Source: Azolla caroliniana (taxonomy: Eukaryota; Plantae; Polypodiophyta). From it: a stretch of DNA of 64,000 nt. Both the position numbers and the translations under genes were made by a program. The DNA lies in assembly GCA_043228905.1 (NCBI GenBank), contig JBHGNT010000010.1, forward strand, positions 7,440,001-7,504,000, given 5' to 3'. Positions within the stretch are counted from its first letter, which is position 1. Each line of letters begins with the position of its first letter. Of the stretch, positions 9,301 through 21,109 are shown piece by piece. The notes under the pieces are model-generated. The model was not told the origin of the DNA, searched no databases, and saw nothing but the letters and a program-made list of their open reading frames with translations.

Positions 9301-11720
9301 GACCGGTTAGCACTCGAGGATCCGGCCGAAGACGGTGAAGAAACAGAACCGGCCGAAGAAGATGAAAACGATACCGGAACCGGCCCCGATCCCGAAATGG
9401 ATTCGGATGAAGAAGAATCGGAAGAACCGGTTACCGAAGCTCCGGAACGGAGATATCCTCTAAGAGAGAGAAGGGCCCCCCGGAGATTTCCGGAACTAGA
9501 GCACGTGCTGCTAACCGACGAGGGGGAGCCGGAGAGCTTTGAAGAAGCAAAGCATGACACCCAGAGCCGCAGGTGGTTGAGTGCCATGCAGGACGAGATG
9601 GATTCCCTGCATGAGAACCACACATATGAACTTGTGGAGTTGCCGAAAGGAAAGCGGGCACTTCGAAACAAGTGGGTGTTCAAGCTGAAACCGGGAGATG
9701 CCGAAAACCCCCAGAGATACAAAGCCAGGATCGTGGTGAAGGGGTTTCAGCAAAAGAAGGGCGTCGACTTCGACGAGATATTTGCCCCGGTAGTGAAGAT
9801 GACCTCCATCCGGACGGTGCTGAGCATAGCGGCAAGCATGGACCTCGAGGTAGAACAGATGGACGTGAAGACGGCATTCCTTCACGGTGACCTCGAAGAA
9901 GAGATCTACATGCAGCAACCGGAAGGATTCGAGAAGGAAGGGAAGGAGCACCTTGTATGCCGGTTGAAGAAGAGCCTTTACGGACTGAAGCAGGCTCCCC
10001 GGCAATGGTACCGGAAGTTCGACTCCTTCATGACCGACGAAGGGTACCTCAAAACGCAGTCTGACCACTGCGTGTTTGTGAAGAAATTCGAAGGAGGAGA
10101 CTTTCTAATACTCCTCCTGTACGTGGACGACATGTTGATCGTCGGACGGGACCAGGTCAAGATACGGATGCTGAAGAAGGCTCTTCACCGAACCTTCTTA
10201 ATGAAGGACCTGGGTCCGGCGAGGCAAATACTAGGGATGCACATCATCCGGGACCGGAAGAAGAAGCAGTTGTGGCTGTCACAGGAGAAGTACGTGACGA
10301 AGGTGCTTCACCGGTTCAACATGTCGGAAGCAAGACCGGTCGGATCGACCCTCCCGGCAAACTGCAAGCTGTCCAGCAAGCAAAGTCCCAAGACAAAGGC
10401 TGAAAAGGAGGATATGATGAAAGTGCCGTATGCCTCAGCCGTCGGGAGCCTGATGTACGCCATGGTGTGTACGAGACCGGACATCGGATATGCAGTCGGA
10501 GTGGTGAGCCGGTACATGAGCAATCCCGGCAAGGAGCATTGGAACGCGGTCAAGTGGATACTCCGATACCTGAAGGGCACAGCGAATGTGTGCCTCCGAT
10601 TCGGCTCCGGTAAATCCGAACTCGACGGTTTCACCGATTCGGATATGTCGGCTGATGCAGATACCAGCCGGTCCACATCAGGATATGTGATGACGTATGC
10701 AGGGGGAGCTGTTTCATGGCAGTCGAGGCTGCAGAAGACGGTTGCGTTGTCAACCACGGAGGCGGAGTACATGGCGGCTGTTGAAGCCGGCAAGGAAATA
10801 ATATGGATGAAGGACTTCATTAGAGAGCTCGGTATCCGGCAGGAGGAGTACCGACTCTACTGCGACAGTCAGAGTGCAATCCACCTTGCGAAGAACGCGG
10901 CCTATCACTCCCGGACGAAGCACATCCAGCGAAGATATCACTGGATCCGGGAAAGGATAGAAGACAAGGAGTTCGTGCTGACAAAGATCCACACGGACGA
11001 GAACGGGTCGGATATGCTGACCAAGGTCCTCACACCCGACAAGCTGGAAGCATGCCGGAAGAGGATCGGACTGGAGAGACATCCCATGCCGAAGTGAAGG
11101 GGGAGTTTGTTGGGATTACGGTCCCTTCGGATGGGATGGTCGGATGTCGGAGATGAATGCCGACAAGCCCGGTTTCGGTTTCGGATCCGGATGACGAAGA
11201 CCCCGGCTTCGGTGCCGGATGACGAATGTACCCGGAGAGCGATCCGGATGCAGGGACATATCCGTGAATATGTTCGCTATGGGCCCCTGAGGCCACAGTT
11301 GTAAATAGCCCCAAAGTCATATGTGTATAAATATGACTTAGGGCAAATAGTTTTGGTGTTGCTGATCATTTTTCTGTTTTTCCACTCAAGAGGAGTGAAG
11401 AGGGAGCAGCCATGAGAGAGAGAGAGAGAGATAGAGCGCGAGAGAGGAAGAGGTAGGCGCCTCTGTGTATTTCCGCCGCCTGTGGCGAGGACAGCGAGCT
11501 CAAGGTCGTCGCCTTGGAGCTCGTCATTGTATACTTCTCTTTGTATAGTGTTGTTTGGAGTCTTGTACTCCCGTGGTTTTTCCCATCTAGGGTTTTCCAC
11601 GTTAATCCCTGTGTACTCGTGTGTTTCTCTCTTTTGGTTTCTATTTTCTGCTGCATTGATCCGCGATTACTCGGTTGTGGCCGAGTGGAAGAAGGTGAAT
11701 CCATGCGTTGATTCCCAACA
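6383..11720 (+). mobile_element. Intact young Ty1/copia LTR retrotransposon, Tnt1/Tto1 (Tork)-like (element B)
   Basis: 613-bp LTRs 6383-6995 and 11108-11720 (TG..CA, only two substitutions seen). TSD CACCC (6378-6382/11721-11725). tRNA-iMet PBS TGGTATCAGAGC 6999-7010; PPT GAAGGGGGAG; uninterrupted ORF. Confidence 0.98.
7024..11097 (+). CDS. Copia Gag-Pol polyprotein (Gag with CCHC knuckle, protease, integrase, RT, RNase H), 1357 aa from the first ATG after the PBS
   Basis: CFHCGKPGHFRKNC; WVVDSGAS; LWHKRLCH..CTDC; DNGGEY; TPELNGLAERMNRT; QMDVKTAFLHG; YVDDML; HSRTKHI; ends at PPT. Confidence 0.97.
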   Translation: MEGGGSGQPMMMVLNAQNYADWKIKMEDLLIVRDLYEPIDRSEIPKGVLESEWKLLNRKAVATIRQYVDVSVLQHVANDTNPYEMWKKLSGLYERKNALNRTSLMRKIVNLKYRDGESMVEHVSTFMGFVNQLAAIKFPLEDAMQAIILMCTLPESWENLVVTLSTSCTEDNLSLQTVKTSILNEEARRRDKEPASDSKALLTESDRGRQWNRSPQRREKSGTRSQSRGRPTCFHCGKPGHFRKNCRHYRKDNGADDTDSKKSPERNGAYRGATDRRGSDRRGQDRKGTTALAASEEEIMLITEEGELNVAGDETTWVVDSGASFHLTPERRYFSSYTAGEHGCVRMGNEGTCRIAGIGDVWLTTPTGCKMLLKDVRHVPEVRLNLISAGRLDDEGYTGSIRNGVMKFSKGSLIVARARKDNTLYLMNARLCPEELNVAADTAGELWHKRLCHMSEKGMKRLAEDNLIPVKHVHLEKCTDCLAGKQNRTSFHSRPPTRRSAPLELVHTDVCQVETKSHGGAQYFVTFIDDHSQKLWTAPMKTKDQVLCVFKELHARVERESGKKLKAIRADNGGEYRGQFQEYCRSKGIRLEFTVPKTPELNGLAERMNRTIMERVRSMLAHAKLPKGFWAEAMSTATYVINRSPSVPLDGDTLQKVWTGKEVSYRHLKVFGCLAYVHVAKDRRGKLDPKTRPCIFLGYGDDEFGYRVWDPVDKKIFRSRDIIFMEDKTLADWESEKKVKSSKSTGEDQLYEEQSRPARDRLALEDPAEDGEETEPAEEDENDTGTGPDPEMDSDEEESEEPVTEAPERRYPLRERRAPRRFPELEHVLLTDEGEPESFEEAKHDTQSRRWLSAMQDEMDSLHENHTYELVELPKGKRALRNKWVFKLKPGDAENPQRYKARIVVKGFQQKKGVDFDEIFAPVVKMTSIRTVLSIAASMDLEVEQMDVKTAFLHGDLEEEIYMQQPEGFEKEGKEHLVCRLKKSLYGLKQAPRQWYRKFDSFMTDEGYLKTQSDHCVFVKKFEGGDFLILLLYVDDMLIVGRDQVKIRMLKKALHRTFLMKDLGPARQILGMHIIRDRKKKQLWLSQEKYVTKVLHRFNMSEARPVGSTLPANCKLSSKQSPKTKAEKEDMMKVPYASAVGSLMYAMVCTRPDIGYAVGVVSRYMSNPGKEHWNAVKWILRYLKGTANVCLRFGSGKSELDGFTDSDMSADADTSRSTSGYVMTYAGGAVSWQSRLQKTVALSTTEAEYMAAVEAGKEIIWMKDFIRELGIRQEEYRLYCDSQSAIHLAKNAAYHSRTKHIQRRYHWIRERIEDKEFVLTKIHTDENGSDMLTKVLTPDKLEACRKRIGLERHPMPK

Positions 11721-14090
11721 CACCCTTGCACATGAGATCTATATATACCTTATTGTGGGTATTTTTGTATTTGATGATGATGACAATGATGCTTTCTAAT
11801 ATAGTTACTCATCCCCCATCTTGTGTCATTCATAAGTGTATTTTCCTCTCTCTCTTCCTCTCACACAGATACACACACATATCAGTTAATCTTCCGCTTA
11901 ACTTAATCACATAATTAGGTACTAATTAACCGTAGTTAATCACCTAATTCTTAACAATAACCTTCTCATCTCATAGTGATAGTTGAAGTCTGTGGTCTCC
12001 CGTGGTTTTTTTCCCTATTAGGGTTTTCCACGTAAACATCTGGAATCGTCTCATTGTGTAAGTGTATTAATCTTCATTTATGCTTTGATCTTCCATTGAC
12101 TGTTCACCTCGGTTGAGGCCGAGTGCTATTCCAGAGAATCTGGCATCAGAGCGAACAAGAAATGGAAGAGTCATTCGGAAGCATGTTCAAGCTCACTAAC
12201 TCCAACTACCCAATGTGGAGGTCGAAGATGAGGGACATGCTCGTGGTCAAAGATCTCTAGTTGCCGGTACAATTTGGGGAGAGGAAACTAGACAACATCG
12301 ATGCCACAACGTGGGAGGTGATGCACATGAAGATAAAGCCAAACATCCGGTGCTTCATCAACATGAGCCTGTACAACAACTTCAATGAAGAAAGCAAGGT
12401 TCATGTGCTTTGGGAGAAAATTGGCACCATACTAGAGAGTAAAAACGCCGTAAATCGGGTTTCAGTATTCCGGAAGTTAGTGAGACTCTAGTACCAAGAC
12501 GGATCCAGCATCACGACGCACCTCTAAATCAAACAACGTATAAATCAAACAACCTCACTAGCAGTACCTCTAGCCAACGAGGTACTTGCGTTGCTCCTAC
12601 TCGGTTCCCTTCTGGATAGTTGGGAGATGCTAGTTGTCACATTGGGCAACGCCGGGCCGGAAGGAAAACAATTGTCGCTAGCAAGGGTAAAATCAAGCTT
12701 GCTGGATGAAAAAGCTTGTTGGAAGGACCCCGGGACCGATTCGAAGGCCTTGGTTACGGAAGATGACCATAACCAGGGAAGAGGCCGAAATCGGAGTCCC
12801 CAAAACCGGCACAAATCAGGGACTAGGTCAAAGTCAAGGGGGAGGCCCACTTGCTTTTATTGTAGAAAGTTGGGGAAAGTTGGGGTAGTTCCAGAAGAAT
12901 TTCTGACACTTCCGAAAAACCAAAGGGGGAGCCGACATTGTGCAAACCAAAGAAGATTTCGAAAAGGAAAGGAACGACGGTGATCGCGACAAGTGAAGAA
13001 GAACTGTTGCTCATCATCGAAGATAGCGAGCTACACCTTTCAACGACAAAATGACATGGGTGGTCGACTCCAACGCATCGTTCCATCTGAGCCCCGAATG
13101 GAAGTGCTTCTCATCATACAGAGCCGGAGATCACGGTTCTTGCCGAATGCGAAATGAAGGTGCATGCCGAATTTTCGGCATAGGAGACATGTGGTTGACG
13201 ATGTCAACCGGGAGCAAGTTGCGGATGAAGGATGTCTGACATGTTTCGGAGGTTCGGTTGAACCTAATATCAGCCGGTCGATTGGATGATGAAGGCTACA
13301 CGGGTAGCATTCGGAACGGAGGCATGAAGTTTTGCAAAGGAAGCTCGATCATGGCTTGAGATCGGAAGATCAACACAATGTACATGATGCATGCCGGGAT
13401 ATGCCGGGAAGAAGTGAATGTGGCATCCGACAATGCTGGTGAGGTATGGCACAAAAGTTTGTGCCACATGAGCCAGAATGGCCGAAGATAACCTCATTCC
13501 GGAGGTGAAACACTTGCATCTTGAGAAATACATCGATTCCTTGTCTGGCAAGCAGAACCGAACCTCTTTTGGGTCGAGACCACCGTCGAGACAGAATACA
13601 CTGCTAGAACTTGTGTATATCGATGTATGCCAAGAAAGACATGAAGTCACATGCCGGATCGCAGTACTTCGTGACGTTCCTAGACGACCACAACCGGAAT
13701 TTCTAGGTCTCACCACTGAAGATGAAGGACCTGGTATTGTCTGTCTTCAATGAATTCCACACGAGAGTGGAAAGAGAAACCATCCGGAAGCTGAAGGTGG
13801 TTTGAGCAAACAACGGAGGAGAATATCGGGGCTAGTTCGAATAGTACTTCCGGTTGAAGGGAATCCGACTCGAATTTACCGTGTCGTAGACGTTGGAATT
13901 GAATGGATTGGCCGAAAGGATGAATTGGACTGTGATGGAGAGAGTCCAGAGTAAATTGGCACATGCTAAGCTGCCCAAGACGTTTTGGGTTGAAGCGCTA
14001 ATGACAGTGACGTATGTGATAAATAGATCACCGTCAGCAGCCTTGGAAGGAGACACACCACAAAGAGTATGGACTGGTAAAGATGTATCT

Positions 14091-17000
14091 TGCTAGGAAA
14101 CAGGTCCCTCCGAATGGGAAGTGAGAAGAACCGTGTTTATGAGCAACTCGGCCGAGGCCGAAACCGGAAATCGTGGAGATAGCCAACACGGAAGGCTAAA
14201 CTTGTAAATAGTCGAAAGGTTACATTAGTATATAAGTACTTTGGGCAATCATGTTAGATGTGTGTATTATTGTAAAGTTACTGTTGTCGAGGTCGTGGCC
14301 TCTGTAATTGTGAGAGTGAATGAGTGTGAGTGGAAGCGAGTGAGCTCCATAGCTGCTTGTTGGCGAAGCAGGATCTCGAGGTTGTTGCCTCTAAGATCTC
14401 TGATTGTATTCCTTTCTCTCATAGTGTTCTGTTTGGAGTTGGTGAACTCCACGTGGTTTTTTCCCCGTTCGGGTTTCCACGTTAAAATCTGTGTCATTCT
14501 CAGTTTTTGTATTCTGTTTTTCCTTTCCATTAGATGGACTATTAGTCGGGGATACAGTCAAAGTCAAGGGGGAGACCTACTTGCTTCTATTGCGGGAAGC
14601 CGGGACACTTCCAGAAGAACTGTCGGCACTTCCGAAAAGACAAGGAAACTGACGGTACCGATTCGAAGCGGACACCGGACCGGAACGGTAAAGACCGGAG
14701 GGGGCCAGATCGGAAGGGAATGACGGCAATCACAGCAAGTGAAGAAGAGTTGATGCTCATCACCGAGGAGAGTGAGTTGAACCTTGCCGGCGATGAGACA
14801 ACGTGGTTGTCGATTCTGGAGCGTCGTTCCACCTTACCCCGGACTGGAAATGCTTCTCATCCTACACAGCCGATGATCACGGCTCTGTCCGGATGGGGAA
14901 TGAAGGTACATGCCGAATTGTCGGCATAGGAGATGTGTGGTTGACAACACCAACCTGATGCAAGCTGATGCTGAAGGATGTCCGACACGTTCCGGAGGTT
15001 CCACTGAACCTGATATCAGCCGGTTGGCTAGATGATGAAGACTATATGGGTAGTATCCGGAATGGAGTCATGAAATTCAGCAAAGGGAACTTGATAGTGG
15101 CTCGGGCCCGGAAGGTCAACACGATGTACCTGATGAATGCCCGGTTATGCCCGGAAGAAGTGAATGTGGTTTGCGACACTGCCGGTGAGCTGTGGCACAA
15201 GAGACTGTGTCACATGAGCGTGAAGGGGATGAAGAGGCTTGCAGATGACAACCTCATTCCAGTGAAGAACGTGCATCTTGAGAGGTGCACGGACTGCCTA
15301 GCCGGTAAACAAAACCGGACGTCCTTCCGATCGAGGCCATCGATGAGACGTAATGCATCACTGGTGTTGGTGCATACTGATGTGTGTCAAGTGGACACGA
15401 AGTCACATGCCGGATCGCAGTACTTCGTGATGTTCATAGATGACCACAGCCGGAAGCTGTGGGCCACACCGTTGAAGACGAAGGATCAGGTGCTATCTGT
15501 CTTCAAAGAGCTCCACGCGAGAGTGGAAAGAGAAACTGGCTGGAAGCTGAAGGCAGTTTGAGCAGATAACGGAGGAGAATACTGGGGGCAGTTCGAGGAG
15601 TACTGTCACTCGATGGGAATCCGGCTCGAATTTACCGTGCCGAAGATGCCAGAACTAAATGGGCTGGCCGAGGGGATGAACCAGACCATAATGGAGAGGG
15701 TCCGGAGTATGCTGGCGCATGCAAAATTACCCAAGAAGTTTTGGGCTGAGGCACTATCGACGACGACATATGTGATAAACAGATCGCCCTCAGTACCCTT
15801 GGACGGAGACACACCACAGAGAGTCTGGACCAGTAAGGATGTCTCCTACCGGCATCTGAAGGTATTCGGGTGTCTTGCGTACGTGCATTTAGCTAAGGAA
15901 CGAAGAGGAAAGTTAGATCCAAAGACCCGGCCATGCATATTCCTCGGTTATGGTGACGATGAGTTCAGCTACCGAGTGTGGGACCCGGTTGGCCAGAAAG
16001 TATTCCGGAGTCGAGATATTATCTTTAAGGAGGACAAGACGCTCGCCGACTGGGAGTCGGAGAAGAAGATAATGAACTCCGAGTCGACTGGTAAGGAAAA
16101 ATTTCGATTTGATGAAATGCAGTTCCAACCGGCAAGAAGCCGGTTAGCACTCGATGAACCGGCCGGTGACGGTGAGGAGACAAAACCGGCCGAAGAAGAA
16201 GGAATAGGTGAAACCGAAACCGGACAAGACCCCGAATTGGATTCGGATGAAGAGCAAAACCCCGAATCGGATTTGGATGAAGAGCAAATGGAGGAGCCAG
16301 TTACCAAAGCCCAAGGACGCAGATATCCTCTTAGAGAGAGAAGGCCCCCCCGGAGATTTCCGGATCTAGAGCACGTGTTACTAACCGATGAGGGGGAGCT
16401 AGAAAGCTTCGAGGAAGCTAAAAGTGACGTCCATAGCCGCAAATGGTTAAGTGTCATGCAGGATGAAATGGATTCTCTACATGAGAACCATACGTACGAA
16501 TTGGTGGATTTGCCGAAAGGAAAGCGGGCACTCCGAAACAAGTGGGTGTACAAGTTGAAACCGAGAGATGCCGGCAACCCCCCGAGATACAAAGCCAAGA
16601 TCATGGTAAAGGGGTTCCAGTAAAAGAAGGGCATGGACTTTGACAAGATATTTGCCCTAGTAGTGAAGATGACTTCCATCTGGACGGTGCTGAGTATAGC
16701 GGCAAGCATGGACCTCGAGGTAGAGCAGCTGGACGTGAAGACGACATTCCTTCACAGTGACCTCGAAGAGGAGATCTACATGCAGTAACCAGAAGGATTC
16801 GTGGAGAAAGGGAAGGAGCACCTAGTTTGTCGGTTGAAGAAGAGCCTGTACGGATTGAAGTAGGTTCCCCGACAATGGTACCGAAATTTCGACTCCTTCA
16901 TGACCGACCAAGGGTATCACAAAATGCAAACCGATCACTGTGTGTTTTTGAAGAAGTTCGAAGGAGGCGACTTTCTGATACTCCTTCTATACGTGAATGG

Positions 17001-18479
17001 CATGTTGATCGTCAGATGGGACCAAGACAAAATACGGATGTTGAAGAAGGCTCTCAACCGAACTTTCTCAATGAAAGACTTGGGCCCGACAAGACAGATA
17101 CTGGGGATGCACATCATCCGGGACCAGTCAAAGAAGCAATTTTGGTTGTCATAGGAGAAATACGTGACAAAGGTGCTTAAGCGGTTCAAGATGTTAGAAG
17201 CGAAACCGGTCGGATCGACACTCCCGGCAAACTGCAGATTATCCGGTAAGCAAAGCCCGAAGACGAAAGCAGAGAAGGTGGATATGATAAAGGTACCATA
17301 TGCCTCTACTGTCGGGAGCTTAATGTATGCAATGGTGTGTACTCGACTGGATATTGGATACGCAGTCAGAGTGGTGAGCCAGTTTATGAGCAATCCCGGC
17401 AAGGAGCACTGGAATGCGATCAAATGGATACTCCGGTACTTGAAGGGCACTTCGATTATGTGTCTCCGATTCGGCTCTGGTAAACCTCAACTTGACGGTT
17501 TTGGCGATTCGGATATGTCGGCTGATGTGGATACTAGCCGATCTACATCTAGGTATGTAATGACATATGCAGGGGGAGTTGTTTCGTGGCAGTAGAGGCT
17601 GTAGAAGACGGTTGCGTTGTCAACCACGGAGGCGGAGTACATGGCAGCTGTTGAAGCCGGCAAGGAAATATTATGGATGAAGGACTTCATTGAAGAGCTC
17701 GGTATCCGGCAAGATTAATACCGGCTTTATTACGACAGTCAAAGTGCCACCCACCTTGCTAAGAATGCAACATACCATTCCAGGACGAAGCACATCTAGC
17801 GTAGGTATCACTAGATCCGGGAGCGAGTAGAAGATCGAGAGTTTGCGCTGACGAAGATCCACACGGCCGAGAACAAGTCAGATATGTTCACCAAAGTATT
17901 GATACCCAACAAGCTAGATGCATGTCGGAAGCGGATCGGACTAGTAAGACATCCCATGCCGGAGTGAAGGGGGAGTTTGTTAGGAAACAGGTCCCTCCGG
18001 ATGGGAAGTGAGAAGAACCGTGTTTATGAGCAACTCGGCCGAGGCCGAAACCGGAAATCGTGGAGATAGCCAACACGGAAGGCTAAACTTGTAAATAGTC
18101 GAAAGGTTACATTAGTATATAAGTACTTTGGGCAATCATGTTAGATGTGTGTATTGTTGTAAAGTTACTGTTGTCGAGGTCGTGGCCTCTGTAACTGTGA
18201 GAGTGAACGAGTGTGAGTGGAAGCGAGTGAGGTCCATAGCCGCTTGTTGGCGAAGCAGGATCTCGAGGTCGTTGCCTCTGAGATCTCTGATTGTATTCCT
18301 TTCTCTCATAGTGTTCTGTTTGGAGTTGGTGGACTCCACATGGTTTTTTCCCCGTTCAGGTTTCCACGTTAAAATTTGTGTCATTCTTAGTTTTTGTATT
18401 CTGTTTTTCCTTTCCATTAGATTGACTATTATTCCGCACACGTACAACCGGTTGTGGCCGGCAACGATTTTAATTTTCA
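14091..18479 (+). mobile_element. Degenerate Tork-like copia (element D) inserted in the integrase of element C; deletion removes the 5' LTR end, PBS and gag N-terminus
   Basis: TSD TATCT (14086-14090/18480-18484). LTRs 14091-~14545 (truncated, fused to gag KSRGRPTCF) and 17978-18479. Pol carries many stops. Confidence 0.92.
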
Positions 18480-20499
18480 TATCTTACCGGCATTTGAAGG
18501 TGTTTCGATGTGTCGCCTACGTGCATGTAGCAAAGGACAAGAGAGCAAAATTGGACCCGAAGTCCTGGCCATGCATATTCCTTGGATATGGTGATGATGA
18601 GTTTGGTTACCGAGTGTGGGACTTGGTGACAAGAAGGTCTTTCGGAGTCGAGACATAGTCTTCATGGAAGACAAGAACATTGTCGATTGGGAGTCGGAGA
18701 AGAAGAAAATGAACTTCGGGCCAACCGACAAAGATCAGCTGAAGGATATAAGGACCCAGGCTGAAACCACTGGGTGTACAAGCTGAAACCAGGAGATGCC
18801 GAAAATACACCAAGGTACAAAGCCCACATTGTGGTGAAGGGCTTCCAACAGAAAAAGGGAGTGGATTTTGACGAGATCTTTGCCTCAGTAGTCAAGATGA
18901 CATCTATCATAACTGTGTTGAGCAGAGCGGCAAGCATGGACCTCAAGGTAGAGCAATTAGACGTCAAGATGACGTTCCTAAATGGCAACCTCGAAGAAGA
19001 GATCTACATGCAACAACCAGAGGGATTCATCTAGAAAGGGAAGGAGCACCTAGTATGTTCGGTTGAAGAAGAGCTTATACAGACTAAAGCAAGCTCCTTG
19101 AAAGTTTGACTACTTGATGACCGATCAAGGATACCACAAGACGCAGGCCGACCACTGCGTATTTGTGAAGAAGTTCAATAGAGGAGACTTCTTGATACTC
19201 CTGCTATATGTGGACGACATGTTGAGCGTCAGACCAAGCCAAACCAAAATCGGGAGTCTGAAGAAAGCCTTGAACCGTACCTTCTCAATGAAAAATTAGG
19301 GTCCGGCAAGACAGATATTGGGGATGCACATAGTCCGGGACCGGACGAAGAAGCTATTGTGGCTGTCACAGGAGAGAAGTACATGACAAAGGTGCTTAAC
19401 GGTTCCACATGGCGGATGCCAAACTGGTAGGGTTGTCACTTCCGGGAAATTGCAAACAGTCTGAAAAGCAAAGTATGAAGACAAAGGTGGAGAAAGTGGA
19501 GATGACAGAGGTATCGTATGCCTCCACAGTCGGTAGCTTGATGTACGCAATGGTGTGCACTTGACCGGATATCGGATATGCAGTCGGACTGGTCAGCCGA
19601 TTCATGAGCAATTCATGAGCGATTCAAGTGCACCTGACGTATGCAAGGGGAGTCGTATCATGGCAGGCGAAGCTGCAGAAGTCCATTGCACTATCCAGAA
19701 CGGAAGCGGAGTACATGGCGGGTGTAGAAATCGGTAAAGAGGTAATCTAGATGAAGGATTTCACCGGAGACCTAGGGATCTGACATGAGGAATTCTTGTT
19801 GTACTGCGACAGTCAAAGTGACATCCGCCTTGCAAAGAACATAACTTACCACCCCAGGACCAAGCACATCCACAAGAGATATCACTGGCTCCGGGAGAAG
19901 GTAGACGATAAAGAGTTCTTTCTTACGAAGATCCATACGGAGGAGAACGGGTCAGACATGTTGACGAAGGTGTTGTCAGCCGACAAGCTGGATATGTGCA
20001 TGAGATGGATTGGATTGACAAGACATCCCATGCCGGAGCGAAGGGGGAGCTTGTTGGGAATTCGGTCCCTTCGGATGGGATTCGGATGAGACGGATCCGA
20101 CGTTTTTGGTGACAAGTGTCTAGTAAACCCATATCAAAAGCCCTAGTTATTAATTAAGAGATTGGTCGAGATGTTCTCCAACCTTGATGATTAGGTGCTT
20201 GACTTATTCTCTGGAACAGTTATTCTCACAAGTGTGATCAATCTATCTTAAAATAAATTAGAATTTCTCGTCTTTGCATATATAATTATTTATTCAGGAA
20301 CAACGATTGTGTGCGCTCTCAAATTGTTTAGGAACTATGTCACCTTGGAGAACGAAAGTAAATTTTATTAAAATGAGGATCCAAGGTATTTGGGAACCCG
20401 ACTAGGACTAGGCAGTTGGGGCAAAGCATATAAATGAAATTGACATGTTTCAGCTGACCTCTAGAGAACCGATGGAACCTATAGACGAAGGAGGGGACC

Positions 20500-21056
20500 T
20501 GTTACGGGCATGACCATATAATATCCCGTCGTGAGAATTTACCATGGTATTCTATACATGTGGATAAGTGTGACGGTTAAACGAGAGTGTAAAGAAGGGG
20601 AGGATTACTTTTAATCCTCGGGATTGAGACAACCCATTAGGCCAAGTGTGAACTTGCCTGGGGGCCTTGGGTATTGCTATAAATAAGAGGCCTAGCTACC
20701 CTCATATCATCATCTTTTTGTTGGTAGACAGGTCCCTCCGGATGGGAAGGGAGAAGAACAGTGCTGACGAACAAACTCGGCCGAGGCCGAAACGGTATGA
20801 GCCGGATGGGGAGAACCCGACTGCGGAGAGTCGGATGGTGTAGGCCCGACTGCGGAGAGTCGGATGGTAGAGTACCCGACTACGGAGAGCCGGACGGGGA
20901 GTTACCCGACTGCGGAGAGCCGGATGAAGCCCATCAAGGCTACATTTGTATATAGCCGAAAAGTCATATTAGTATAAATATGACTTAGGGCAAACTTTGA
21001 GTTTCTTGTTGTTATTCTTTCTTGTTGGTGCAAGAAGAAATGAGAGCGCGTAACTG

Positions 21057-21109
<53 letters not shown>

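Larger units (their letters stand above)
6173..11956. mobile_element. Solo LTR (6173-6382 + 11726-11956) inserted in the 5' LTR of element C and split by the intact copia
   Basis: Termini TGTTGAGA...TCTTAACA; imperfect flanks GTAAT/ATAAC; element C LTR sequence resumes directly afterwards. Confidence 0.65.
5833..20105 (+). mobile_element. Old degenerate Tork-like Ty1/copia (element C) that hosts nested insertions; own segments 5833-6172, 11957-14090, 18485-~20105
   Basis: LTR start T(A)TTGGGAATTCGGTCCCTTCGGATG at 5833 matches the 3' LTR start at 20052. PBS TGGCATCAGAGC 12141-12152; gag ATG 12162. Integrase is split at GKDVS|YRHLKVF by element D. PPT at ~20040. The 3' LTR is cut after ~55 bp. 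Confidence 0.85.

Noticed and set aside
20484-20499. Polypurine tract implying the methyltransferase is cargo inside element E1
   Set aside because: The TSD shows E1 is a solo LTR inserted into the gene; the purine run is coding sequence (DEGGD).
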